From the NCBI GenBank assembly GCA_002269645.1, contig NIVC01004462.1:1-44969 (forward strand): DNA of 44,969 nt, read 5' to 3'. Each line of letters begins with the position of its first letter. Position 1 is the first letter of the stretch. Of this stretch, positions 44,806 to 44,969 are shown piece after piece. The DNA comes from Macrostomum lignano (lineage: Eukaryota). The notes beneath the pieces are model-generated. The model was given only the letters and a program-made list of their open reading frames with translations. It did no database searches and had not been told where the DNA came from. The position numbers were made by a program, and so were the translations under genes.

Positions 44806-44969
44806 GCAGAGACATCAGGGCGGTTACCATGGCCCTCTCGGGTCATGGCTGCTTTGCCAGGCATCGTTACCTCCAGGAAAAAATCCGCAGTGAGGAATGC
44901 CCTTTCTGCCTCTCCGGTGTCGAGAATGCGGAGCACTTCATCTGTGAATGCCCCGCCTTTACTCAGGAC
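44806..44969 (+). mobile_element. Non-LTR retrotransposon ORF2 C-terminal fragment (GH motif + CCHC knuckle), running off the window
   Basis: Translates as RDIRAVTMALSGHGCFARHRYLQ..(frameshift)..IRSEECPFCLSGVENAEHFICECPAFTQD, the GH...CxxC-x8-H-x4-C ending typical of LINE ORF2 (R1/I/LOA-like). Confidence 0.7.

Overview
This is eukaryotic (animal) genomic DNA with GC3-rich exons, GT-AG introns and introns/UTRs packed with unrelated minisatellites. That style suggests a free-living flatworm such as Macrostomum (inference only). Four protein-coding loci were reconstructed by hand. (1) A + strand orphan single-pass membrane/secreted protein gene (~2046-6880) with an exonic 21-bp repeat encoding ~29 SRFDHSD heptads. 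(2) A complete axonemal dynein heavy chain 2 gene (DNAH2-like, minus strand, 7604-29223, 18 exons, ~4560 aa). It carries three single-base homopolymer deletions (probably assembly errors) and an unexpected in-frame 135-codon extra exon inside intron 22802-23609. (3) A divergently oriented laminin-EGF/TM protein gene (+ strand, 30625-37516). Its first intron holds a decayed mariner into which a 1940-bp GG-ended, long-TIR element with an 8-bp TSD has inserted. (4) The 3' part of a CRELD1-like gene (minus strand, 40761-44363) with two more 1-bp deletions. Also present: a SINE fragment, a hAT-type MITE, a LINE 3' fragment, an RFX X-box and about 16 distinct tandem arrays. No CRISPR, rRNA or tRNA genes were seen. 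I found no clearly new multi-gene system. The best leads are the extra dynein exon, the nested transposons, the orphan repeat protein and the splice-junction-derived repeat arrays. All homolog comparisons are from memory, not from searches.
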